From contig CAWDFP010000006.1 of assembly GCA_963801605.1 (NCBI GenBank), positions 32,001 to 96,000 on the forward strand: a DNA stretch of 64,000 bases, written 5' to 3'. The notes below the pieces were generated by a model. That model had not been told where the DNA came from. It did not search any database and worked only from the letters and a program-made list of their open reading frames with translations. A program made the translations under genes and the position numbers. Shown in pieces: positions 21,460 through 32,995 of this stretch (position 1 is the stretch's first letter; each line of letters starts with the position of its first letter). This stretch comes from an uncultured candidate division Zixibacteria bacterium (GTDB lineage Bacteria > Zixibacteria > MSB-5A5 > UBA10806).

Positions 21460-21972
21460 TTTTTGCTCCTTATCATTGACTTTTTGCCTGATTGCCAGGC
21501 TATTCCCACCATTAAAACCGATCCAGTTTAGGATTCGATTTATGGCTGGTTCCAATGCTGCCTCTACCAGAGGGGTCAATTTCTCACTTAATGTCTGGAT
21601 ATCCATTGCTTCTATAGCAAGGACGTCAATCCTATCCGGCATGCTAATTCCCATTTCGCGACCAAATTTCAAAGCCGTCGGAAGGTTAATCTGATGACTG
21701 CAGGTCAAATTCTTTGAGGGTACAAAATGGCCCATTTCAGTAAAATGAAGAGTGCCCGGAACCGCTTCATCGGTTATGATAGTATCAACAATTAGCGCCC
21801 GTTCTCTGTCTTTCAATAAGTCAATGAGATTTAGCCCGCCCAAGGGCGAGAATTCAATATCTACTCCTCCATTAAAATCGTATTGCTCTATAAGATTGCG
21901 GGCAATTTTATAGCCGAATGAATCGTCTGACAAAATCTCATTCCCCAGGCATAATACAAGCGCTGGTTTCAT
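21445..21972 (-). CDS. Hydrogenase maturation protease
   Basis: LGNEILSDD, IVD and SH motifs; follows the large subunit. Confidence 0.92.
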   Translation of the reverse strand: MKPALVLCLGNEILSDDSFGYKIARNLIEQYDFNGGVDIEFSPLGGLNLIDLLKDRERALIVDTIITDEAVPGTLHFTEMGHFVPSKNLTCSHQINLPTALKFGREMGISMPDRIDVLAIEAMDIQTLSEKLTPLVEAALEPAINRILNWIGFNGGNSLAIRQKVNDKEQKNGNN

Positions 21973-23454
21973 TAGTTCCTCTTGATAACCTTGATTTTCT
22001 CGCCGCTGGCAGCATCATGAATAATTAATTCAAGAGGCATTTGCCCCGGCAATGAGTGAGTTGCGCAACCAAAGCAGGGGTCATAAGCTCGGAAAGCCAT
22101 CTCGATTCTATTGAGCATGCCGTCAGTAATTTCGCACCCCTTTTTAATCATACCCTCAGCGGCGCGCTTGATTGACATGGTAATCGCGGCGTTATTGTTC
22201 GTCGTCCCGACAATAAGATTAGCCTCGGTGATAATGCCGTTTTTATCCGTCCGATAGTGATGAGTTAAAGTCCCTCGAGGCGCTTCTACTATTCCAACTC
22301 CTTCACCAACAATGCTTGTGGGAGGATCAAGAATATGATCTGACGTGATCTCATCATCCTGCGCCTGTAAGAGAACCGACTCGCAAGCGAACATAAGCTC
22401 CACAACTCGCGCCCAGTGAGTCGCCAGAGTGGAATTTACCGGTATTTTGCCGGAACGATCCCCGGTCAGCGTTTCATAAAATCTTTCATATTCCGCTTGA
22501 GCCAGCGGTGTAGCCATGCCATCGGATACATTAAGACGCGAAAGGGGAGTTGCTTTATACACACCCGAATCCATACCGTCGATAAATCCCTTCCAACCGA
22601 TCTTTTTTAGGAATGGATATTTCAAGTAACTGTATGGCTCAACATGCTCGGCGACATATTCAAGATATTGTTTCGGTTCATATTTGGCGTGTTCTGTGCC
22701 GTCAGGCGCTGTTACGCGAACCATTCCGTCATAGAAATGAACCTTGTTGTTTGAATCTACCAGCCCCATATTATAAGTCTTATGGGCATATGAATCTGAG
22801 AGGATAAGATCGATATACGCCTTATTTGCCAGGACGACATCATTCAAAACTTTAATGGTAAATTTGGCAAATTCAACCATCTCCTGCCCAATCTTAATCA
22901 TTTCCTGCTGTTCTTCTTTGGTCACCCGTTTCGACATCCCGCCGGGAAGGGCGGTAACGGGATGAACCTTCTTGCCGCCGATTATTTCGATGACCCTCTG
23001 GCCGCGGGCTCTTTGGGCAATGACTTTCCTGCCGGCATCAAGGCCAACTTTGGCGATTACACCCAGGATATTACGCTCGGCAGGGAGGAGCATCTGGGCC
23101 ACAGACAAAATCAGGGCCGCCGAGGGCATAAAAATGCGTCGTATGGTCGCCGGCATAGAAACCGTTATATACCAATTCTCTCAGCTTAAAGGCCGCCGAT
23201 GGGATTTTTGCTCCATAGACTGCATCGGCGGCCTTGGCTGCTGCCATGTGGTGTGCATCCGGGCAAACGCCACAGATGCGGGTTGTGATGCGACACATTT
23301 CTTCAACGGGACGGCCCACGCAAAATTTTTCAAAACCTCGAAGTTCAGGTACCTGGAAGTAGGCATTGGCGAGATCTCCATCGTCATTAATAAACAAATG
23401 TATTTTACCGTGGCCTTCGAGGCGGGTTATCGGATCGATTACTATCTCTTTCAT
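21972..23454 (-). CDS. mvhA: [NiFe] hydrogenase large subunit, group 3c; frameshift near 23075
   Basis: TRLEGH, RICGVC and [12 protein letters not shown] plus a cleavable C-terminal tail. Confidence 0.92.
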
Positions 23455-24426
23455 CTTTGTGCTCTCCTCAACATTGAATCGGGAAGGCTAAAGCGATAAA
23501 ATGTGCCGATGGGATCGGGAATCGTATCGATTATTGACTCTATTTCCTCCGGATTGGTTGAATCGATGATGCTGGCAATCGCGGAGGCCATTTTGGCTCC
23601 CTGGTCGCGCACATTGGAAGGCATCCCGTAACAGCCGCGGCAGGGGACTCCAGCCTTAACGCATTTGGCGCCGCATCCGCTTCTGGTAGCCGGTCCCATG
23701 CAAACTATGCCCTGCTCCATCAGACATAAATTTGGATCTGTCACCTTTTCAAACGGCCTGATAAACTTCTTTATCTTTCTTGATATTCCTCTCTCGCGGA
23801 CATTCATCACAGCAACTTTTTTCGCTCGCGCCCAAGACAGTCCCTTTGGGCGGAAGTGGCTTTCCGTTCTTTCAGGATATCGATAACCGCTCCAACCACC
23901 GCTGCGATCTGATCGGATTGCGGCGGGCAACCGGGAATGATGTAATCAACTTCCACAGTTTGCCCCAAAGTGCGCACCGTATTCCACAAATCGGGAATTC
24001 TGTATTTCACCCTCAGGGAGCGTTATAGATCGGTTGAGGTATCGTTTTTGTTGGATTATCTACAGAAGGCGAATTTAGATAGACGTAGTCAAATATTGCC
24101 TGCTTGCTATAAAGATTGGCCAGACCGGGAATGCAACCTTCGGCAGCGCAACTTCCAAAGGCACAAAGGACCACCGATTTCTGCCGCAGGAGCTTGGCGA
24201 TTTCATAGTTTTCATCGCTGCGAATTGCGCCGTTGAATAGTGTCAGCGTAATTGATTTATCGGGCATTTTTCTAACATCGTCGTACTTAAAATCAAGGGC
24301 ACAAGGCCAGAATATGGGATCAAAAAAGTCTACCACGCCAAGTATCTTCTCTTCAATATCAAGTATGGCGATATCGCATCCCCCACAAGAAGCAGCCCAA
24401 TATATTGCTAACTTTGGTTTTGCCAT
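23451..24426 (-). CDS. mvhG: [NiFe] hydrogenase small subunit; frameshifts near 24012 and 23840
   Basis: SCGGC, GSCA, PGCPP, CMGPAT..GC...C and PCRGCYG motifs. Confidence 0.9.
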
Positions 24427-24890
24427 AACATTTCTCCCAACGCCTTAAAGTCAACAGTCTCTTCTTTTTCCGGCGTAAAATTCAGTTCTTTCAACTGAAG
24501 CGGCCCCAATGCGCGGATATGCTCGGTAAATTCAGTAACGATCTTCTGAAAACGCCCTCCCTCTGATGCCGAGACCCATTCCAGGCGCAGCCGCTCCGAT
24601 TCGATACCCATGCTTTGGAGAATCCTTTTCGTAAGAGGCATCCGGCGCATGCATTTGTAATTCCCTTCCACATAGTGGCAATCGCCGGGATGGCAACCGC
24701 AGACAAGTATCCCATCGGCGCCTTTGCTGAAAGCGTGCAATATGAAGCCGGGATCGATTCGCCCGCTGCACATAACCCTGATACTTGTCATGTTTGGAGG
24801 ATACTTCATACGGGCGGTACCGGCCAGATCGGCGCCAGTGTAGCTGCACCAGTTGCACAAGAAGCCAACTATTTTGGGTTCAAAGCTCAT
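24408..24890 (-). CDS. mvhD: MvhD [2Fe-2S] adaptor
   Basis: FLCNWCSY, RVMCSGR, GCHPGDCHY and WVSASEG motifs. Confidence 0.96.
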   Translation of the reverse strand: MSFEPKIVGFLCNWCSYTGADLAGTARMKYPPNMTSIRVMCSGRIDPGFILHAFSKGADGILVCGCHPGDCHYVEGNYKCMRRMPLTKRILQSMGIESERLRLEWVSASEGGRFQKIVTEFTEHIRALGPLQLKELNFTPEKEETVDFKALGEMLWQNQS

Positions 24891-26645
24891 GATAGTATTC
24901 CTTCTATTTGAGCGTAAATCTGATCGTCGGTGAAGTGCTTGGCAACTATCGCGCCCGACGGACATGCTGCTACACATGTACCGCAGGCTTTGCACATAGC
25001 CGAGTTGACCGAGCTTTTCTTTTTCTCGCTATCAAATTCAATAGCATTATATGAACAAAGATCATTACAGATTCGGCATCCACTACATAAATCTTCAGTG
25101 ACCACCGGCAAAGGCGGCATCCATCAATATCTCTTTCTGACAAAGAAGTTTTAAGGCGTGAGACGCCGCCGCCCCGCCTTGCGCTACAGTATCGGGGATA
25201 TCCTTTGGCCCCTGGCAGGTGCCGGCGAGATAGATGCCATCTGTTGTAGTCGAAACCGGTCCGAGCTTGGGGTGAGCCTCAATAAACCAGCCATCAGCTC
25301 CTGTGGAAATGTTGAATTTGCGGCCAACCTCCTTGGCATCTTTTCGGGCTTCAAGGGCAGTGCAGAGGATTACCATATCGACGGGGATCTCGCGGAATTT
25401 CCCGACCAGCGTATCTTCGCAACGAACTAGAAGATATCCTTCCGATCCGCGATGGCTCGAAGATGGGACAATCTCAGCCCCTTTGCCGCGAATGATATTT
25501 ACATTCTCTTCCAGTATCCGCTGATAGAACTCCTCATAACCTTTGCCGAAACTTCTGACATCGATATAGAGCTGATAGACCTCAGCGCTGGTTTTCTCCT
25601 TAACAAGGTGCGAGAACTTGAAAGCGTACATACAACAGACGCGGCTGCAATACTTATGATAATTTTGATCGCGACTTCCGATGCAGTGAAGAATGGCGAT
25701 TGCGCGCGGTTCCTCACCATTCTCAAGAACGATTTTACCACCGGTCGGTCCCGCGGCGTTGTTCATCACTTCAAATTCCTCTGACGTGATAACATTGGGG
25801 TACTTACCATAACCATATTGTTTCATAGGAGAAGGATCAAAATTATCAAAGCCGGTGGCCATAATGACCACGCCAACATCCACTTCCTCAAATTGCTCGG
25901 TATCATCGTAATGAATGCAATCCTTGGGGCATACCTTGGAGCAGACTTTGCATGCCCCGGTCTTAAAATGAATGCAGAATTCGGGGCTAATTCGTGGCAC
26001 GTTGGGGACTGCTTGCCTGAATGGAAGCGAAATTGCAGAATTGGGCCCCAGCGCCACCTCGTGATGAATTATCTCGCGACCGTCAATGTCCTCTAATCTG
26101 ATATGTCCCGTAGGACAGACTTTGGCGCAGGCACCGCAAAGAATACAGTCCTCGCTGGCATCATCGAATGGAGTTGAGACCTTTCTATACACTCCCCGGT
26201 CGCTGAAGGCCAGAGCATGAGCGCCAACAATTTCATCGCAGACACGTACACACAGTCCGCACAGAATGCAAGTATCGTCGCCCGTACCCCAGCGCGGCTT
26301 TTCTATCCCGAACTGTTGGGCCAACTGCTGCAGAACCGGAGCTGGAGCGCAGCGGCTTAACAGCATTTCCAAATTAACCCTGCGAGCATTCTGGACACGA
26401 GGCGTATCGGTGAATATTTTCAAACCCTTCCAGACCGGATAATTACAGGATGTAACTATCTTCGACCAGTCCTTATCATCACGTGCCTCAACCACGCAAA
26501 TACGGCAGGCGGCATAGGGCGTCATGTAGGGATAGTAGCAAAGGGTTGGGATATTCACGCCCAGTGTCCTGGCGGCCTCAAGAACAAACGTTCCCTCTTC
26601 AACTTCAATCGGATGCCTGTCTATTTCTATTTTTATCATGCTCAT
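24887..26645 (-). CDS. Fusion of NuoG/HydA-like N-terminal Fe-S domain with the C-terminal part of HdrA; frameshift near 25110
   Basis: IPTLC..CRICVVE..SC and 2x CxxCxxCxxxC, then in frame HdrA motifs PFRQAVP, ATGF, HCIGSRD, CSRVCCMYAFK, GTCQGPKDI and a C-terminal 2x[4Fe-4S]. Confidence 0.9.
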
Positions 26646-26654
26646 AGATTTCTC

Positions 26655-28673
26655 CTATGCCACCGCCGATTGCTTTGATACTTTTACCGGTGGACGCCAG
26701 TCTACGCCGGCGATATTTTGGACACCTTCGCCCTCACCCCGTTTGGCTCTGGTTATGCCATCATATTTACAAATCTGATAACAGGCGCCACACTGAATGC
26801 ACTTTTACCTGATCTATCTTATGCAAATTTTTTAATTCGCCTGTGATCGCCTTACTGGAGCACGCTTTGACGCAGGCATGACATCCCGTGCATTTAGCAT
26901 TGATAGCGTGCGAAACCAGATCCTTACAGACTCCTGCCGGGCAGCGCTTATCCTTGATATGCGCCAGGTATTCCTGACGAAAATATCTTAGGGTGGATAG
27001 ATACGGATTGGGCGCGGAACCGCCGAGTTGACAAAGGCTGGTATCGATCATAACCTGCGAAAGTTCTTCCAACAATGACAGATCTTCCATTTTACCCTGA
27101 CCCTCTGGTAATCCGATCAAGAATTTCAAGCATCGTCCGCAGCCCCTCTCGGCAGGGCAGACACTTGCCGCAGCTTTCCTCCCTTAAGAAATTGAGGAAA
27201 TAACGGGCAACATCAACCATGCAGGAGTCCTCATCCATGACAATCATGCCGCCTGATCCCATCATCGAACCTGCCCTGGTCAAGCTCATCGAAATCGACA
27301 GGAAGATCGAGGAGACTGACGACTTCTTCATTGTCATGGATATCGCCGTGCGCTACGAGACTGTCATGAATTTTCTTCTCGCCGGTTTCGACTATCAAGG
27401 TTCCGCCTGATGGTCCCCCGGTTTGCACGGCCTTAAATTTTTTGTGGCCGCGCACTCCACCACCGATATCATAGAGAATCTCCCGCAAGGTGATCCCCAT
27501 GGGAACCTCTACCAAACCAGTATTATTGACCTTTCCTGTCAGACGCGAAAACCTTGGTGCCTTTGGAGCCTTCGGTCCCAATACCGGCATACCAATCGGC
27601 CCCCTTTTCAATAATGATTGGGACATTAGCCCAGGTCTCTACATTATTTAGAGTTGGATGGCTTTTCCCAGAGTCCAGCATCAACGGTATGAATATATTT
27701 GGCTCGCGGTTCGCCCGTTTTACCCTCTAACGATGCCATAAGCGCTGTTGATTCGCCGCAGACAAAAGCACCACCGCCCGCGACTAACCTCAATTGTAAA
27801 ATCAAAACCGCTTCCCAAGATATTCTTTCCCAACAGGCCATATTCGGTAGCGGCATTTATAGCGATCGAGAGATTTTTTACTGCTAACGGATATTCGTTT
27901 CTGACATATACAAATCCCTGGTCGCTGCCAATGGCGTAAGCCCCGATTATCATCCCCTCAACTACCGAGTGAGGATTGCCCTCCAGAAGCGAGCGATCCA
28001 TGAATGCTCCTGGATCACCCTCATCGGCATTGCAGATCACATATTTCGGGATTCCCCTTGGCTTTACGACAGGACGCCCATTTTTTGCCGGTGGGATATC
28101 CTCCGCCTCCTCTTCCACGAAGCCCCGATTTTTTTATCTCCTCGATAATTGCTTCAGGCACCATCTGGCCTAATGCCTTGGCTACTGATTTATATCCGCT
28201 CAAGGCGATGTAATCATCGATCGAAGTCGGATCCATAAAACCGTTTTTGCCGAAGATGAGTCGCATCTGCTTTTTATAGAAGGGAATATCGGCTTCATGG
28301 GTGATTGCTTGCTTGGTTTGGGGATCTTGATACAGAAGACGCTTAATGATCTGATTGCCTTTTATGGTCTGATCAATTATTAGTCTGACATCCGATGGTC
28401 TGAACCTTTTGATAAAAAATCCCTCCAGGTTGAATAACAACAAGTGGTCCTCGCTCACAAAAACCGTGACAACCTGTTGTTTTAAGCTCGACAGCTTCCT
28501 GAAGATTGTCTTGAATCAAGTTCTCTTTGAACGCAGTTGCAACCGCCTCACAGCCGCAGGCCAGACAACCGGTCCCGGCGCAAAGGGCTATAGTGGTTTT
28601 ATTTTCCTTACGCTTTCTGAGAAGTTCCTGGCGAAGCTCGCTCCAGATCTGCTGGCGATGATATAAATTTCAT
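26655..28673 (-). CDS. NuoF/HydB-like FMN/NADH-binding subunit (long form); several frameshifts
   Basis: N-terminal CxGx[46 protein letters not shown] and C-terminal 2x[4Fe-4S] motifs across fragments. Confidence 0.9.
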
Positions 28674-29185
28674 TCTTCTTCCTCCTCATCGCCAGCCGCT
28701 TCCTTGCCGCCAAGCTTTTCAATCATCCGCTCGACTTTGGACGCAGTCATGTTACCGTAGTAGATATCATTGGCAGTAACAAGCGGCCCCAGCGCACAAG
28801 CGCCAAGGCAGTTTACCGTTTCCAGACTGAAACTCTGGTCTTTGCTCGTCTCGCCGGCTTGGATACCAAGCGTGGTTTCAAGTCTATTAACAATAACATT
28901 CGCTTGCCTGACATGACAGGCAGTACCGGTACAAACACAGATATGATTTTTCCCTTTAGGCTTTAGGCTGAATGTGCGGTAAAAAGTAGCCACACCGTAG
29001 ATTTGTGCTATTGGAAGCCCCATCTTCTGCGCCACCAGTTTTAATGCTTCTTTGGGAAGGTAGCGATAATGCTTTTGAATATCTTGCAAGACCATGATTA
29101 GGGCCGTTGGCTTGGCCTGATAGTGATCCACAATATTGTGAATGGCTTGTTCGAGATCATAGTTATCATTGATTGCCAGGCTCAT
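28670..29185 (-). CDS. NuoE/HydC-like [2Fe-2S] subunit
   Basis: VATFY, VCTGTAC and CLGAC..GP motifs. Confidence 0.95.
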   Translation of the reverse strand: MSLAINDNYDLEQAIHNIVDHYQAKPTALIMVLQDIQKHYRYLPKEALKLVAQKMGLPIAQIYGVATFYRTFSLKPKGKNHICVCTGTACHVRQANVIVNRLETTLGIQAGETSKDQSFSLETVNCLGACALGPLVTANDIYYGNMTASKVERMIEKLGGKEAAGDEEEEE

Positions 29186-30155
29186 TTGGTACCTCCTCTC
29201 ACCGGAATTGCGACTGGTTCCGGCATCGGCTGCGCCCCGGTAAGAACTGTGAGATCATGCTCCGGCCCCATGATACCCGGATGCTTGATATCCAAAGCCG
29301 CACCCTCCTTGAAAACATTTTTGCCGAACATCAATCGCCGGTGCGATGGATACTGACGACTGGGGCAAGCTTCATAGCAAGTTCCGCAACTATTGCATAG
29401 GGTTGTATCGACATAGCGGGCTTTATGCCTGATTTTGACAGTGAAATTCCCGATGTAGCCCTTAACATTCTCGATTTCTGCCCATGTAATGAGTTTGATA
29501 TTGGGGTGCTTCCCCACAGAGACCATCTTCGGAGTCAGGATACAAGCAGCGCAATCAAGGGTTGGAAATGTTTTGTCGAATCGCGACATGTGGCCACCGA
29601 TCGAGGAATCTCTTTCGACTAAAACCACTTCAAAACCGGCGTCGGCTATTTGAAGGGCCGCTTCGATACCGGCAATTCCGCCGCCGACTATAAGGACTCT
29701 ATCCTTGATTGGTACTTTTCGCATTTCAAGAGGCTCATGAAATCTCACTCTGGCTATAGCCCCTTTTATAAGAGCGATTGCCTTGGTTGTGGCTAACTGC
29801 GGATTCAACGTAACCCAGCTGACCTGCTCTCTAATATTGGCCATCTCAAAGAAATAGCGATTGAGGCCGCCCGTCTCCACTGCCTTACGAAATGTTTGCT
29901 CATGCATCAGAGGGCTGCAGGCAGCCACGACAATTCTATTGAGACCAAGCTCTCGAATATCTTTTTGAATCAAGTTCCTGACCGGGATCGGAACACATGA
30001 AACGGTAATGACGCGAGATCGACAACTCCCGGCTGATCCTGAACCGCTTCGGCGACTTTGACCACATCCACCGTTTTAGCAATATTAGTTCCGCAATGGC
30101 AGACATAGACGCCAATGCGGATCTCCTTGCCGTTATCTGAATGGGTATTATTCAT
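29182..30155 (-). CDS. hdrA: HdrA N-terminal part; frameshifts near 29975 and 30015
   Basis: GVYVCHCG.NIA, AACSP..HE, NIREQ, GGGIAG, DKTFPTLDC..CI and one CxxCxxCxxxCP, then stop. Confidence 0.9.
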
Positions 30156-31036
30156 GCTCTGGCCTCCTTTAGGCCGACATAAAGTTCCTCCGGCTTAATT
30201 AATAGCTGGTCCATTCCCATTTCTTTCGGAGAAATACCAAGCGCTATTCCTATCAGATGACTGAAATAGACTATTGGCATTTTGAAATTTCGTCCGTAGA
30301 CTCGATTAATCTTCCGCTGGTAGGCCTCGAGGTTCATCTGGCAAAGCGGGCAGGCTGTTGCGATCATATCGGCTCCGTTGTCAAGTGCGCCATCCAGAAG
30401 CTTGAGATTCAGCTCCAGGGCAATCTCCTCAGCGGTGGTCATAAGCATCCCGCCACAACAGCGAACTTTGTAGGGATAATCAATCGGTTCAGCTCCCAGA
30501 GCGGCCAGCAGCTTATCCATCGTTACGGGTTGATCGACATCATCGAATTGCCCATGCGGACGGACTATCTGACATCCGTAGTAAGGAGCTACCTTTATTC
30601 CCTTTAAATTATTACTGACTTTTTTGGTAAGCGCTTCAAGGCCTAAATCGTTAACAAGAATATCCAGCGGATGACGCACCTCAACCAGGGTATCATAAGA
30701 TAGATTGGCTGCAGCAAGTGCCTGGTTAATTTTATCTCTTTCCTTGGGATCCCAGGCGATATGACGGTTGGCCTTGCGAAGGATCGTATAGCAACTGCTG
30801 CATGGCGCGCAAATTTGCATCCCCATGTTTTGAGCAAGAGCCAGATTGCGAGCGCTGATCGAATATCCTACGATTTTTTTGACTGACATATACATCGTGG
30901 CGCCGCAGCAATTCCAATCCTCAATCTCATGCAGGCCGATCCCCAGAGCCTTAAATACTGCCCTTATCGATTTATCATAAGGGCCGGCAGTGTGCTCCAA
31001 ACTGCATCCGGGATAATAGGCGTATTCCAGCATCAT
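30152..31036 (-). CDS. hdrB: Heterodisulfide reductase subunit B
   Basis: YYPGC, two CCG motifs, YYGC and ACPLC. Confidence 0.95.
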   Translation of the reverse strand: MMLEYAYYPGCSLEHTAGPYDKSIRAVFKALGIGLHEIEDWNCCGATMYMSVKKIVGYSISARNLALAQNMGMQICAPCSSCYTILRKANRHIAWDPKERDKINQALAAANLSYDTLVEVRHPLDILVNDLGLEALTKKVSNNLKGIKVAPYYGCQIVRPHGQFDDVDQPVTMDKLLAALGAEPIDYPYKVRCCGGMLMTTAEEIALELNLKLLDGALDNGADMIATACPLCQMNLEAYQRKINRVYGRNFKMPIVYFSHLIGIALGISPKEMGMDQLLIKPEELYVGLKEARA

Positions 31037-31620
31037 CCTTCTCCAAACTGATTGGCTTTATTAATAATGGCGCGAATCTCTTTAATCCGCTTCAAGCTCT
31101 TTGGCAGAAGCCCGAGGCGACGATTCTTGATCATGGTCAATCCAAAGCGAAAATTTGGGAATAATTTCACAATATTGGTGCTTAAAATATACTTCAAGCC
31201 GAGTCCCAATTCGTAATTTCTGCCGTATTTATAAACGTTATCCGTAAATGTTTTTGATAGAGTATGAACCGGGAAACGCAATGGATATATCTGCTTTTCC
31301 ATGGCGATTCGTTTGAGGGCATATAACGTATCGGTTATCTTAATCCCCACGGGACATCGTACCGTGCACGAATAGCATGAGGCGCATAGCCAGATCGCTC
31401 GACTCCGAAGGATATCTTCCATCATACCAGCCCTAAACAATGCCACAATTTGTCGAGGAGTAATATCCATTGCATACGAGACCGGGCACGAGCCCGTACA
31501 GGTACCACACTGAAGACAAAGCTTGATTTTGTCTCCTTCAGGGAAACTTCCGACCTGGTTCCAAAAGGCGGCACGCAGATCAGCTTCTTTTTTGGGGAAA
31601 GGCATTATAGCATCTTTCAT
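31033..31620 (-). CDS. hdrC: Heterodisulfide reductase subunit C
   Basis: CLQCGTCTGSCP and WLCASCYSCTVRCP motifs. Confidence 0.95.
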   Translation of the reverse strand: MKDAIMPFPKKEADLRAAFWNQVGSFPEGDKIKLCLQCGTCTGSCPVSYAMDITPRQIVALFRAGMMEDILRSRAIWLCASCYSCTVRCPVGIKITDTLYALKRIAMEKQIYPLRFPVHTLSKTFTDNVYKYGRNYELGLGLKYILSTNIVKLFPNFRFGLTMIKNRRLGLLPKSLKRIKEIRAIINKANQFGEG

Positions 31621-31961
31621 ACTACCCCGCTTGAACGCTTATAAATTTTCAATTTTCGGCCAGAATCTTCTGGCGGAAAGAGCCAGGATTTACAAATTCT
31701 GATATATCAGTAATTTCGTTTAGTAAAGTTGTCAAGAGGTTTGTTTTTTTCGCAAGCCATCTTGTCACCATCGACCGCCATAATGGCAGGACATATTCAA
31801 TAAAGTGAAATTGATAATTTTTTCACATAAAATCATATTTTAAAAAAGTTCGCTTTTTATTTCAATATCTCATAACTTATTAAGGATTTTATAGATAAGT
31901 CATAAGATTCCATCTCCACTCTAATTATTAATAAGTATTACTAATACGAATATAGTACATA

Positions 31962-32007
31962 GTCACCATGCGGTGACACATATTTCTGCCTATCACTACA
32001 TGGTGAC
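31962..32007. promoter_or_regulatory. Tandem putative TetR operators
   Basis: GTCACCATGCGGTGAC (31962-31977) and ATCACTACATGGTGAC (31992-32007) between divergent hdrC and tetR. Confidence 0.6.
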
Positions 32008-32208
32008 ATAAAGTCTCCAAGCTGATTTAACCATAGTTCGAGGGATTTTTAATAATCATCGATTTGTAATTTTCGCCATTACTTATTTTATGGTACCTTG
32101 GTAATTTTTTCTGGTAAATCTATTACCTCTTGGCCTATACTTATTGAAGATTATTGCTTTTAATAGAATTAAACAGGTGGTAATTAAAAACGAAGAGGCC
32201 CCTATCTT

Positions 32209-32832
32209 ATGCACAAAGATAAATCCATAACCAGGGAAAAGATCATTTCCGCGGTAGGCAAGGTCTTAATAAATTCGGGAATGCGTGAAATTGGGATAAA
32301 TTCGATTGCCAGGCAAGCGGGGGTAGATAAGGTTCTTATCTACAGGTATTTTGGAAGCCTCGAAGAGTTACTGCGCGCATTTGTTCAGGAAACCAATCTT
32401 TGGCCAACTTCAGCCGAACTTTTAGGCGAAAAAGCTGTTATTCGACGCACCAGTGACATTAGGGATGTAATAAGTAGTCTTTTAATTAATCAATTGGCTG
32501 AAATCAGACGTCGTAAGCCCACCCAAGAAATTCTTCGGTGGGAGACAATTGAGGAGAACGAGCTTACTCAGTCGCTGGCTGCTGCCAGGGCAAAACAGGC
32601 TTCGGATATTGTCAGCGGTTTTTACCTGACCCAACAACCATCAAAGGATATTGAAGCATTGCTGGCGCTCATTAATGCTGGAATCACCTACTTAGTGCTA
32701 CGATCGAAAATAACGGATAAACACCTGGGAATCGACCTGCATTCAAACTATGGCTGGCAACGACTTTCAAAACTTATTAATGAGCTCGTGGCCGATTATT
32801 TGAAAACCGCTGACGGAAGTGCTACAAAGTAA
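32209..32832 (+). CDS. TetR/AcrR-family regulator
   Basis: IARQAGVDKVLIYRYFG HTH. Confidence 0.93.
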   Translation: MHKDKSITREKIISAVGKVLINSGMREIGINSIARQAGVDKVLIYRYFGSLEELLRAFVQETNLWPTSAELLGEKAVIRRTSDIRDVISSLLINQLAEIRRRKPTQEILRWETIEENELTQSLAAARAKQASDIVSGFYLTQQPSKDIEALLALINAGITYLVLRSKITDKHLGIDLHSNYGWQRLSKLINELVADYLKTADGSATK

Positions 32833-32995
32833 AATTATGCCGCATATTTATTTTCGCTGAATTGTCGAAACCTTCGAATTTCTTAGCTAATGTATCAAAT
32901 TACGGCTTATTCTATGTATAAAGGCTTTCACTTTCAATAAGCTCAATAAAACTCGAATATATTGAATCAACTCTCCATCGATGTTTTTCTAACAT

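Noticed and set aside
21972..31620. Selenocysteine in MvhA, MvhD or HdrA
   Set aside because: The usual Sec positions are ordinary codons (DPCFGC, CNWC, GCHPGDC, DCAAC); the breaks are frameshifts, not in-frame TGA
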